From Gnetum montanum (lineage: Eukaryota; Plantae; Gnetophyta): a DNA stretch of 64,000 nt. A program made the position numbers and the translations under genes. How positions within the stretch are numbered: position 1 is the first letter of the stretch; every line of letters begins with the position of its first letter. Location: assembly GCA_015680685.1 (NCBI GenBank), contig MNCI01001305.1, forward strand, positions 328,729 to 392,728, given 5' to 3'. The notes below the pieces were generated by a model. The model was not told the DNA's origin. It did not search any database and worked only from the letters and a program-made list of their open reading frames with translations. This document shows, one piece after another, positions 37,400 to 49,698 of the stretch.

Positions 37400-38296
37400 C
37401 CTTGTGTGATCCTAGTTTTACCATTTTCCTTGTTCAAAATGGTAACCAATAGGTGCTCTCATTGATCGTTTAGCATCTTAGAGGTTTGTTGCTAGCATTA
37501 TAGTTGTTCTCATTGTTGGTTTTGTTATTGGTACTAGCCCTAGCTTGAGTTTCAGGTATCTCCTCTTGAAACTCCACCTTTGAACCTTAGTCAATGTTGA
37601 CATAATTGACCAATGATACCAACACGTTGTCTCCACGGATCACAATTTCCCCTCCCCTGTGTGGTAAATGGATCTCCTAGTATATAGGAGATGAGATCAT
37701 GCAAAGCTTTGTTAACCATGACCTTCCTAGGATCAAGTTGAAACCAGGTGTCTCTTCGACTACTAGGAAGTTAGTGAATGTAGGAAATTGCTCGCCAGCT
37801 ATGAAATCCAAGGAGATGGAACCTCACACCACTACCCATGAGCCATTAAATGACTTGAGTGCTGAGGTAGTGGTCTCTTGGATGTTCTTGATTAAGCCTA
37901 ACTTGTCAACAACTGAATATGGTATCACATTCATGGTTGCCCCATCATCCACATATACACGTAACCCTTGTATCTACCAACACATATAGTAATGAGGAGA
38001 GGGGCAAATAGCACCTCTTCATTTTGAGAGTCAATCTTCACCTCGCTATCACAAAAGTTGAGCATGGATTGATGCCCATTTTCCCTAAGTGAAGCTTGCT
38101 CAATGATTGAGTGGATTGACTCTTTGTTGGCAAGCATGTCTCCACTCACAAGGATATAGGTTAACACTTGAGCTAGTGCATCCCTAGGAGTAGGAGAAGT
38201 CATGACCAAGTCGTACAAGTTTGGTAACATGTTCTTTTACTTAAGAGACCATTTAGCTTGTTCCATTGTTACACAAAAACTCTTTCCCTTGGCTTG
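37400..38296 (-). pseudogene. Degenerate aspartic protease region of element E
   Basis: FCDSEVKI…APLLITICVGRYK…VYVDDGATMNVIP; FNLILGRSWL; homologous to C 17000-17750. Confidence 0.85.
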
Positions 38297-38365
38297 TGAT
38301 GAGTCATGATATCGGACCCTCGATATTGGATCCTCTATATCGGATCCTCAATATCGGATACGCGA

Positions 38366-40720
38366 TGAAACACCACTAATTTTGGCCTAGCACTTTTAGA
38401 CAAGAATTAACCTAAGTCATGCTGCTGCCCAACATGAGTACAGCGTGACCAAACTTGGAGGCCTTCAAAACAGCCCCCGATGGCCCATGATTCAATAGGC
38501 AAGGTCCCCCTGGGGCCCACAAGCGACTGCACCAACTTCCAGCATCCAGAATCAAAAGTTTCAGGTTCAAAATGTTTGGTTTTGGCTAAGTACACTTTGG
38601 CTACTTTTTTAGACGTTGCACAGCGTAAGGATCAGCGTCACCAACTTTTGGAGCCCCAAAATTGAGTCAAAACAGGCTGAAATTGAGCACAAGGACCTCC
38701 CATGACCTTCACCAAGGTCCCCAGTAGCTCCTAGCCTCCAAAAAATCAAGATTTGGACCTCAAATGTGCCATTTTGACTTAGTGACGCTGGGGTTATTTT
38801 TTTCTGACGTTGCACAGCGTAAGGATCAGCGTCACCAACTTTTAGAGCCCCAAAACTGAGCCAAAATGACTTGATTTCAAGGGTGCAAGTCATCCTCAGG
38901 GTCCACTATTGATAACTATCGGTCCTAGCCTTCAGAAATTCCAAATCTCAGCTCAAAATTGCAAGTTTTGGAGGTCACACTGCAGGTCACGCTGGATGCT
39001 AGACAAGCGAGGCAGAGTTAATCCTCCTTGATTTTCTTTGTAAATTTTCATCATTTGAGGGCTTGTCTAAATTATTTGTATTTTCATGGGCTTGAATGAC
39101 CCACACGTTGTGAGATACATTGAATTTGGTCAAAGAAGACAAATATCCAGCACACATCCAACTTGTGCACAACTATCCAACATGGATACATTGAACCTGG
39201 TTAAGAATGTAGCTTGCCAACACACATCCAACTCGTACACAACTATCCAACACATATACATTGAACCTGGTCAAGAATGTAGCTTGCCAACACACATCCA
39301 ACTCGTACACAACTATCCAAACACAGATACATTGAACCTGGTCAAAGAATGCAACTATCCAGCACCCAGCCCAGCCCTATAAATACCCTATCAATTCACA
39401 TAAACTAGGAGGCAAAAAATTGGAGAGATTGGCAACTCTGAAGAAGGACAAAATTTGCAATCCTTGGGCACTCGGCAAACCTGATTGTTGGCTTCCAAGT
39501 ATTTCTCATGTTCATCCCATTTCATCGTCACATCATCGCATCATATCATTTCGAGGCTAGGTGTTTGACTTGCCATCCACACGTGTGCAACTATGCTTTG
39601 ATCGGTGCATATTCCTGTTTAAGTAATACAATACAGTTTCATTATTTCCTTCCATTTACATTATTTACTTTGGTTTATGCTTTGTTTACAATATAGCTCT
39701 ATTTACGCTTTATTTAAAATTCAATACACTCTGTTTACATTTCATATTGTTGTTTGCATTCCATTTACATCCCATTTACGATAAATCCAACGCTAGCCAT
39801 AGCTTACGCTTGGGGAAGTCCTTGGTTGATCTGCGTGCAGACCATCCAAGGCACTTTGCCTTCATTTACCTTTCCAGCTTGCCCTCGGGCAAAGGCAGGG
39901 TCAGCTGTGGCTGTTCAACGATCTCTCAATGTTTGTTTCCTTTCCAACCTTACATCGACAATTTAGGTCAGTACAGTTTTTGGCGCTAGAAAGAGGGCCA
40001 CTTGTTATTGGTTAAAACATCACTACCTATCAAAACTCATCCACCTTGCCCATTTGAGCCTCCTCGTCCCTGTTGATCACATTGAGCTTGTGTCACCCCA
40101 CGCTACAACTGTTTGCGATCCAACTCCATTCGTCTACCCCAGTCCATTCACGTTTATCATGGAATCTTCCCAAGTCAACCCAGTAACACTACCGATTGCT
40201 GACTTTGGGGTCAAAGCTTCAAACCCTGTGACTGCTACGGAATCCATAACTGTTATTGAACACATAAATCCTCAAGGTCCTACATGCCAATCCCTCAAGC
40301 TACAGGGCAAAGGCCTTATTCATGCGACTCTTACACCCGAATAGTATAATTTTATTTGTGTCAAAATCCAAGCCAACCTACCCATTGATCATGTAGAGAG
40401 GGAAGCTAAGCGAGAATATGAATTCATCCACAAAGGAGGACGTGAGTTTATCCCTTCTACATTTGACATAATCCCACTGTCTGAAAACCATCATAAACTC
40501 ATATCCCAGCTTCTTATGGCTAGAAGTCAAGCCTTACAACTACCTCCCATAGAGCCTCAAAATGAAGAAGATGACTTTGTAGCCCAATCTGAACATGGAG
40601 AATCATACCACACCGTTAGCCCCCATGCCCACACAAACCCATTATCCCATCCTTTCCTGGAAGAAACTATGTTTCCTTCTTCATCTGCAAACACTCGAGC
40701 ATCTATAAACACTGAGTACA
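38366..40720 (+). mobile_element. Ogre/Tat-like element J remnant (5' LTR 38366-39975, Asn PBS 39981-39997, pre-gag domain), fused by deletion to F pol
   Basis: TGAAACACCAC…GTACA, then TGGCGCTAGAAAGAGGG; YNFICVKIQANLPIDHVEREAKREYEFIHKGGREFIP; switches to Athila-type sequence at ~40720. Confidence 0.8.
39146..39365 (+). repeat. Three ~70-bp tandem units in LTR J, directly upstream of a TATA box (CTATAAATA, ~39377)
   Basis: Unit CCAACACACATCCAACTCGTACACAACTATCCAACA…ATACATTGAACCTGGTCAAGAATGTAGCTTG. Confidence 0.85.
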
Positions 40721-43700
40721 ATTGATGTGTGGCTAGAAATACGTGATCTTTCCTTAGAAATATCAAAAGAAAATATGTTTGAAAATATTGAGAAGAAGAA
40801 ATTTTCATGCATCACATACAGTGACACAAGGTGTAACTACATGCAAAAGTCCTAGTTTGTACAATGCTTAACATTACCTACATGCAACCAGTGTGCACAA
40901 ATAACTGACATACAAAGATGCCTGTATGCAACAACCACAAGACAGGAAGGCACCCAGTGGCTGACAGCTGACCGAGAGAGCAATTCAACTTTATGCATGG
41001 AACTAACTGAGAGCTTGACTTGTGCCTATATTGATAGCATAGATACATTAGAGCAAGTCCATTACCAACTTCCAAGTCCTAACATCGAAAATATCAACTG
41101 GGGAAAGTTGAAAATCCATGACGAGTTGAAGCAAGAGCCCCTTGAGTTAAAACCATTGCCCACCAATATGGAGTATACATTTCTCATAAATGGAAAACCA
41201 ATAATCATTAACACTAAGCTCGCTCCTCAACAAAAAGAAAAGACCACTGAAGATGGTAAACAAATGGTCAAAAACCTTTACTTGGTTATATCTTGAATTA
41301 ACCAGAATAAACCCTAGGATACGCCAACATAGAATCTACACTAACCCCTCTATGAAGCCTCGACGACAACCGCAGAGATGACTAAACCCAAAGCTTAAGC
41401 AAGTAGTTAAAGAAGAAATTGAACAACTTCTGAAGGTTGGGTTCATCTACCCCATTGCTAATAGTGAATGGGTTAGTCCATTAGTCATTGTGCCTAAAAA
41501 GGGAGGTAAATAGAGGGTGTTTATAAACTTTAGGGTGTTGAACATGGCAACATTTAAAGACCATTTTCCATTGTCATTCATTGACCAAGTCTTAGATACC
41601 ATTGCAGGGCATTGCTATTATAGTTTTCTGGATGGTTAAAATGGGTACAACCAAATTCAAATAGCACCAGAAGACCAAGACAAGACTACATTCACAAGTC
41701 CTTGGGGGACATTTGCATATAGGCAGATGTCATTTGGCTTGTGCAATGACCCAACAACATTTCAACATCTAGTTTTTAGTATATTTCAGTAGCAAATAGG
41801 GAATGGTGTGGAGGTTGTTATGGATGATTTCTCCACCTACGAAGTGGACTTTGAACAAGCATTGGACCAATTAGAGCAAGTACTAAAATGATGTGTTGAA
41901 ACCAACCTAAGGCTCAATTGGTAGAAAAGCCATTTAATGGTCCAAGAGGGCATTGTATTAGGGCATAAAATTTCACAAACAAGGATGGAGATAGATCCTG
42001 AGAAAATTAAAGTCATCCAAGGAATCACTCATCAACCTAAAACCATAAAAGAAGTATGATCATTCCTTAGACATACTGGCTATTATAGACATTTCATCGA
42101 GAACTTTTCGAAGATCGCAAAATCATTGGTCGAACTAACGAAAAAGGACATACCCTTTGAATGGACCAAGGAATGTGAGCTAGCTTTCCAAACCTTGAAG
42201 CAGAAGCTCATAGAAACACCCATTCTACAAGGTCTTGACTAGTCCAAACTATTCCATATAATGACTAACGCATCCATTTTTGCTTTAGGAGCCGTACTTA
42301 CATAGTTAAACGTCCCTATTACATTCACTATGCAAGTTGAAGTATTGCTGGTGCGCAACTCAACTATACCACAACAGAAAAAGAGTTATGCTATAAGGTA
42401 TTTGTACACATAGTGCAACCCGGTTCCTTATGAATAAACCAACGGTGAGCCCTTGTGTCATACGATGGCTAGTGATCTTGCAAGAGTTCGATATCTTGAT
42501 AGTAAATTGTAAAGGCACTAAGAATGTTGTTGTTGATCATTTATCTCTGTTGTGATGGGACAACAAAAAGGATGAATAACCAATTTCTAATTACTCTTCT
42601 AATGAACTCCTCTTTGCAGGTGTAATAAACAATTAATCACCCATAGATACAAATTAGTATAGTAGCATTCTTGCCTATCTTCTCACACAAGAAACACCAC
42701 AAGGCCTAGACATTAAAAAGAAACAATAGTTTCTCCACTAAGTCAAACATTTCATGGAAATTAACAGACACCTTTACAAGGTATGTTCCGATGGCTTGGT
42801 TCAATAGTGTGTTCCTAATGTAGTTCAATTGCGAATTCTCCAAGACGCTCATGAGGGCCCTTGTGGAGGTCATTATGCTGGAAGATGAATAGCCATTAAA
42901 ATCTTGCTTGTAGGATATTATTGACCTACATTATTTCAGGACGCCCATCATTTTGTCCAATCTTGTGAGCATTGCCAATGCGATGGGGGAATGACTCCTA
43001 GAATGAAGGATCCACAATAATGGATTCAATCCTTGGAACCCTTTGACATATGGGGTATTGATTTTATGGGGCCTATTACATCGATGTCCAATGGAAAAGC
43101 ATACATTGTTGTTGTTGTTGACTATTTTACAAAGTGGGTAAAAGCAACTGTTGTTACTAACTGTACATCATCTACCGCTGCAAGATTTGTTCAACAACAA
43201 CAAAAAATCATAAATAGGTTTGACATGCCTCATGCACTTATTTCTAATAATGGTACATATTTTATAGGTGTGACTTTTCAAAAGTTGATGCAACACTTAG
43301 GAGTGGAGCATAAATTGACTACACCATATCATCCTCAAGCGAATGGTCAAGCCAAAGTCACCAATAGGGAAACCACAAAAATCTTGAAACGAACCATTAG
43401 CAAATATAGGTGAGACTGGAGTGCCAAACTGAGCGATGCCCTTTAGGCATACCACTCCACATGGAAACTCCCTGTAGACTACTCTCCCTATGATTCAATG
43501 TACGATAAACTTCCAACACTTCCTATCCATGCAGAGCTTCATACACAATCTACAGCATGTGACCTTCACCTTGACCTCAGTCTAGCACAAAAAGAACAAT
43601 TAATGAATCTTAACTTACTAGATGAAAACCAATTAGCTGCCCAGTCATCCAACGAACTACATAAGGCCTTCAACAAACAACTTCATGACCTGAAAATTAG

Positions 43701-43910
43701 AAAAGTCAAATACCAACCAAGGGATAGGGTTCTTTATTGGAATCCCACACATGTTCCATAATGAACTAAATTTCAAACACTATGGGAAGGACCTTATATC
43801 ATTTATGAAACTTTTCCTTTAGGGGCCATGATGATCTATAAACCTGGAAGCTCGAATAAGAAATTATTGGTCAACATCCAGCAAACCAAACCTTTCCACA
43901 AGCCCAAAAC
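40720..43910 (+). pseudogene. Degenerate Athila-like pol of F (protease tail, linker, RT, RH, integrase)
   Basis: PLELKPLPTNMEYTFL; SEWVSPLVIVPKKG; KDHFPLSFIDQVL; YSFLDG*NGYNQI; EVVMDDFS; NYTTTEKEL; HEGPCGGHY; PFDIWGIDFMGP; YHPQANGQ; WEGPYII. Confidence 0.93.
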
Positions 43911-46470
43911 CGCTAGTACTAGCACTACCTCTATTGATGGACAGCCTTGCTCATTATTTTGGATCTCCTCCTTCTCACTCAATCATGGGGGAGATGGTCG
44001 CTAATGCTAGCCATTCTAAGCCCTCAGTTTCTTTTGTCTTTTTTGTTTTTGCACATTTTTGGTTTACACATTTTTCATATTTACTTGTTTTTGTTTTACA
44101 CCATTGTTAACATTTTTTACTATTTATTTCTCTATTACATTTTGTTTGATTTACTCTCACTCGTCATATAATCAGTGCTCATGATGATGAATTGTACTAT
44201 AATAGTGTTGATTGCTAATGTTTGGTTCTTACCTTTGACTTTCAATGTGATGCTAAGATATGGTTCCTTTTAATAAAATAGGCAATGAGTCCATGTCATC
44301 CGTTCATCAACTCAACTCTATGGTCTCCCTTGGTTTTGGAACTGTACTATCCCTTTTTCTAAGCAAACATAGTAATAAATTTGTGGCTTGGTGTTCTTCA
44401 AACCAAGGAAATATTTAAATGGATTGAAAAGGGTGTGACTTTAAGGGGGATTCAACGCATTTGTGCTGGCCATTCTTTTGAGTACTTGGATGTTTTTCAT
44501 GGGTCTCCGCCATTCCTCTATTAACCAATATCAGGAAATTGACTAAATCAAATAAGTCTTTGCATGGTGTGATTCTCACTCACCAAAAAACAAAAACTTG
44601 GTGAGAATTCAAAGGACACCGCTTAGACATTATAAAGGAACATGGGCTACAAGCACTAGTTATGGCACTAGAAAGACATGTTACCCATGCTTGAAGGTTC
44701 CCTCTAACTAAGGCCCTTTCTTGCTTCCTGCTTCTCTATTCTTCTCTTGTTGGAATGTTAGTTGCTCTATAAAAACATTCTTGTTGCTTTAGGAGGATGG
44801 GTTGGTCAAGTGTGTTGATGTGAGCTCACTAAATGTGGTTAGTTTTAATCTAGATTTGGAATGAATTTTATTAAGTCACCTTAACCACACAATACACAAG
44901 AGACTTTACACAACCTTGATTTTGGGATCCCATTCCATTCTCTCTTCTCTTTCCATATTTCTTCCCAATATTCCATCTCATTGCCAGTTTTATGATTAGT
45001 CTATATTTTGGTTGGCACATTGTTATTCTTTGGTAAATTCTTGTGGGTAAATTCTTAATAATTGTCTCTATATGTCATTCCAAGATTCTACGGACTCTTC
45101 AGTTTGTCGGTTTGTTAGGGCATAAAGGGCATGAGCCTACTTTGGGGAGGACCCACTGACACTCCTTTTTGATGCAATTGTTAAGTTCTTTCCCTTAAAA
45201 CATTTCTTGCAATCAACTATTTCTTGTTTCACCCCATCCATGACATCTATTTTTGTTTTTTTTATTGGCTTCACCATTGTTATTTCTCTCATCTTTCTTG
45301 TTCTTTCATTTTCCACCCTATTGCTACCAAAGGTTCGCTCTTAGTCATGGGGGCCTGTCACAAGTTTTTCCATTTCATTACTTATCTCACCCCTACACCT
45401 TGGAGAGTTATCAGCTACAAACCTCTAACCCAGTATCTGCCATACACACAACCTAACTAATGTGCTTCATATAGAGGCAAGGTATCAGTTACATTATATC
45501 TTATCTATCCTTGCTAATTCATGATTGTGTTGTGTGTGTAGATGGTGATCACATGAACAATGGACTGGGATAGGAGGGAGTACTCAAGAAGAACTAGAGC
45601 TGGAGCATTTATGCAAGGAACATGCTTAATCATGTGGCCATGGATGAACAACAGTCTGCACAATTTTGACATCAACAACAATGTGCCTCATTTTCTTTTT
45701 TTTCTCTCTCTCTTCAAGCTGTCAAAAGAGGGTCTAGATGTCATCTATGTATAGTGTTCACCACAGTGGTTATGAACACCAATGTTGTAATATGTTTGTC
45801 GATCCATTCACCGGGCACTTTGAGTTTGTCATTCCATGTCACTGTCAATTGACATTCAATCAATAATCCCATACCTTCCCAATATTTTGTAAGGAAATTG
45901 AGGATGAGTTTTCATTCAGTTGTGGGGGTATGATGAGTCACGATATTAGATCCTCGATATCAGATCCCCAATATTGGACCCTCGATATTGGATATGCAAT
46001 ATCAAAGGTACTGAAGCGATATCAAACATGCGATGTTGTAGCCTGTCTCGTTACCTATAAATAAGAAACCAGGACACTTGGTTTGGTATTAGTTTTTTTA
46101 GTCCCTTAGTCAAAATCTTGCAATTTTTCCCTTCCAGAGTTAGAATTATTTCTGAGTGTCCATAGTAGGAGTCATAAAGTGAATGGATCTTTATTTGAGC
46201 ATTGTGTACCTGAGCACACCTTATAATTGAAAATAAAGACAAACTTTATGATAAGCCTTGCAACATTCAAAATAGCTTAATTATTGCATTTCATGTTATT
46301 TATTGTTATTCAATGTTTTCAATAGTTAATCAATGTTATTTCCATTGAATTGTTAATTATCAACGAATTAGCACACTCAGCACAACCACTTCGAGCATAT
46401 GTGGAACACTTGGTAACCTAGTAACGATTAGCGTTTGGTAATCCCAATAGTGTTACACTAGTTCAGGATG

Positions 46471-46545
46471 NNNNNNNNNNNNNNNNNNNNNNNNNNNNNN
46501 NNNNNNNNNNNNNNNNNNNNNNNNNNNNNNNNNNNNNNNNNNNNN
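46471..46545. other. Assembly gap (N run)
   Basis: 75 N bases. Confidence 1.
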
Positions 46546-46622
46546 TCCTTGGAGTTTGACCGGATCACGCGTGAATGCTCATATTCATATGGTTGGGTGT
46601 AGGGGTACCTCACTGCTCATCA

Positions 46623-49280
46623 ACTTGTGATGTTTTGACCTTAGTGATTCTAAACTCCTCCATCCTTCCTAGGATTTGCAATTAATGTTTTGGTGCATGT
46701 ACCTTAGTCCCCTTATCCATGGATGTGGCTGATCTTGGTGTAGGTCTTGGTTGGTTATCTTCAGTGGGTGTATTTGTTGATTTGAGAACAGGTTGCTTTC
46801 GCCGCAGTTATGATGCTGGTTTCTTGCTAACCTCTCAATTGTGGGCCACTATAGGTGGGCTTTGGTCATGGGTTGTTGTAGGCTTACTTGTTAAAGGTGG
46901 AGGGACCCAAATGACAAAAAATTTCCTAGGTTTTGGAGGACTAACAACTCATTGATTACATTATGATGTTGAAGCCACTAAATGGGGGACATGTATGATG
47001 AAAGGTTTATTAGGGGTTGGAGGAGGTGGTACCCGTATGATAAATGGCTCTCTAGGCTTTGTATTTTGGGATCTTAATGGCATTCTAATGACAAACAATT
47101 CCCTAGGGGGATTAGACCATTTGGTCTCTATGATTGAGGTCATAGTATAGGAGTTGTTTTTTGCTCTTAGATAGCTAGGCTCATTCACTACTAACTCTCT
47201 ATGGTTTATCATCTTCTAGAGGTAATCCTTTAATGCTAGGCAAAAATTAGTGCCATGACCAACCATTTTATGATAATGGAAATACCTATCTAGCCTGAAG
47301 TGCCTTGGTAGTTTAGGATCATCTTTGGTAACTATCAATAGGCGTCTAGCTATGTCACAAAGATGATCATACCTCTTATGAGCCTCTCTAGATAGTTGCC
47401 TATGTTGTATATGATTGTCTTTAAGTAACTATTCTAAATGTTTGGAGGGCTTCATAGGCAACCGAGTGAACTAAGATCTATCCTTACATCCAAAGTTTGA
47501 TCTTAGTTGATTTAGGGCATAGGAAGGAGATGGTTACGATGAGTCAAGGGATGTGTTGTGTGGTGGTGATCCCCACCTCTCCTTGTTTTGAATCTTTTGC
47601 TATTGTGGCCACAATTGTATGTTCTTAGTTGGCTTTATCCTTATCCCTCCTTACATATTGGTTTTTGTAGGCCACATAGGTTGGGTTTTTGCTAGCCTTA
47701 ACTACCTCCTCAATGTTCTTCGTTTGTGAGAAGCCTTAGCTTAGTGACTAGGCCTCTAGGTAGTGCAACTTTGACTTGATGAAGTCATTTACAACTCCCT
47801 TGTAGATGGCTAAGACGTGAGTTTCAAAGATAAGCTATGGAATCTCATTAAGTGTTGAGTTCCATCTTTGAATAAACCTTTTAACTAGTTCAAGTGGCCC
47901 TTGCCTCACCTTCATTAGTTGATCCAACGTGGCATTTGACTTCAAGTTGTATCTAAAGCAATGGACAAATTAGTTAAATCAAGTCCTCAAGGGAAGAGAT
48001 GAAATTTGTAGGCAAGGTTCAATACCAATCTAGAACCATTCCCTTTAGAGACATCGGGAAATCCATGGTATTGTGTGAAGCCAAGTTTGCAAAAAGAGGC
48101 ACTCAATCCAGAAGGTTACTATATGTGCATTGGGATCCCCTTCATCATTGTATTTGGTGAAGTTTGGAATAGGAAAGCTTGTGGGCAAGGTTAGTTGAGG
48201 CACCGTAGGGCTTATAGGGTCATCTTGGTAGAAATCTAAGACCTTGATTGTCTGAGTTATGTAGGCTTTAAGTTTTTGTAGCTCTTCATTAAGATCTTTG
48301 ACCATTTAGAAAGCTTGATCCAAGCCTTGGGGCATCCCCAGGGGCTACAATGCTTGTGTTGATGATTGAGGAAGAAATTGTGAGGTTGGTGACCTTACAA
48401 TAGGTTGTAGTATCAAAGGGAGAATTTGGGTTATGGTGGTCAATGGGCCAAATAAGGAGAAAACTTTCTGTGCTGATATCTAAGGCACAAATGGAACAAA
48501 AGGGGTATATGACCCCTAGGTTGCTTAGGGTCACATGGTAGACCCCACTTAAGTGGTCAATGAATTGGTGGTAGTGACAATCACTAACAAAGGTCGTACA
48601 GATCATGGTTGGGTGGTGAATGACATGGAAAAGTGAAATGCGGTTGACTATGATACTAATTGTGTTTGGTGCATAGCGATGACTAGTGTGGAACTAATCA
48701 TCATTTAGTAGGAAGGGGTAGAGGATGGTGGCACTTGGTCCATGGAGAAAACAAAGGGGGTAGGAGAAGGTACTGTGTCCTTGGGGGTTGCTTGTTGAAA
48801 TAGCTTACCTTGGATGTTTTTGGGCTCGAATTCTACCCTAAACTCATCCTCATCTTCTTGTTGTCCCCATAATCTATGCTTTTTATCCTCTTTATCCATC
48901 TCAATCAATTGAGCTAGGATGTTAGCATAGGTATCATTAAGGGGTACTTGGGCATACAGGAAAGGTATGTACTCCTTCCCATCTCAATGTATGAGCTTGA
49001 ACTCCCCTTTAACTTCTACTTCCACACATGGAATTTTTATTTCAACCTACATTTTGGCATAATATTTATGGCCAAAAAGTTAGGACTTCACCCCCTAAGC
49101 CTCAAGGATTGCCTACACTCAATTATAGTAGGGTCCTTTGGATCGTATATCCTCATGGCTTGTTGGCTAGACCCATCATTAATGAATGTAAAAGGCAACT
49201 TGGTTAATTGTTTGAAGGACATGCTAAAATTTGAGTTTTTTGAATTTTTATTAATTTTGACAAAAAATGTAGTAAGCAAG
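46623..49280 (-). pseudogene. Degenerate pre-gag domain and gag of element E
   Basis: RIYDPKDPTIIECRQSLRLRG; LPTSFPIPNFTKYNDEGDPNAHIVTFWIEC; FHYHKMVGHGTNFCLALKDY (~47280-47220). Confidence 0.88.
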
Positions 49281-49698
49281 GAAATCTACTAATGTAGTAA
49301 ACCAAAAATAGAAAGGCACTAGAAAATGGATGCTACATAGTGAAAATAGAAAAATGAAAAGAGGTTTACTACTAGATGGAAATAGGTGTCACAGTAGGAA
49401 CAATGTCGAATAGAATGATGCCAAATGGAATGACTTCGAATAGAATGACATTGGATGAAATGGATGTTGCATAGATGGGAAATTTTCAACAAAGCCAAAT
49501 GGAATGGGTGTTGTAGTAGATGGGAAATTTGTAGTAGACGGGAAATTAGCAACAAAACCCAAATCTACTATAGCCAACATTGGTATGATGGAATGAAATA
49601 AGGATAGAAATGTAGTAGGCTTGGTATTCAGAAAAATGGCTGAAACTAGTTTATGGCTAAGAATTTAAGCAGAGGCCCTCCTTCTAGTGCTAGAAAAT

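Larger units (their letters stand above)
38297..46622 (+). mobile_element. Athila-like Ty3/gypsy element F: 5' LTR remnant 38297-38365, pol, 3' non-coding region, PPT, 3' LTR 45931-46622 (spans gap)
   Basis: TGATGAGTCA plus 14-bp GATATCGGA(T/C)CCTC repeats at both 38297 and 45931; PPT GTGGGGGTA at ~45922; ends …GCTCATCA; TSD GCTTG/ACTTG; the flanks rejoin E gag-PR. Confidence 0.85.

Noticed and set aside
43910-45930. Athila env-like ORF
   Set aside because: Only short, T-rich low-complexity frames with no recognisable env-like sequence.
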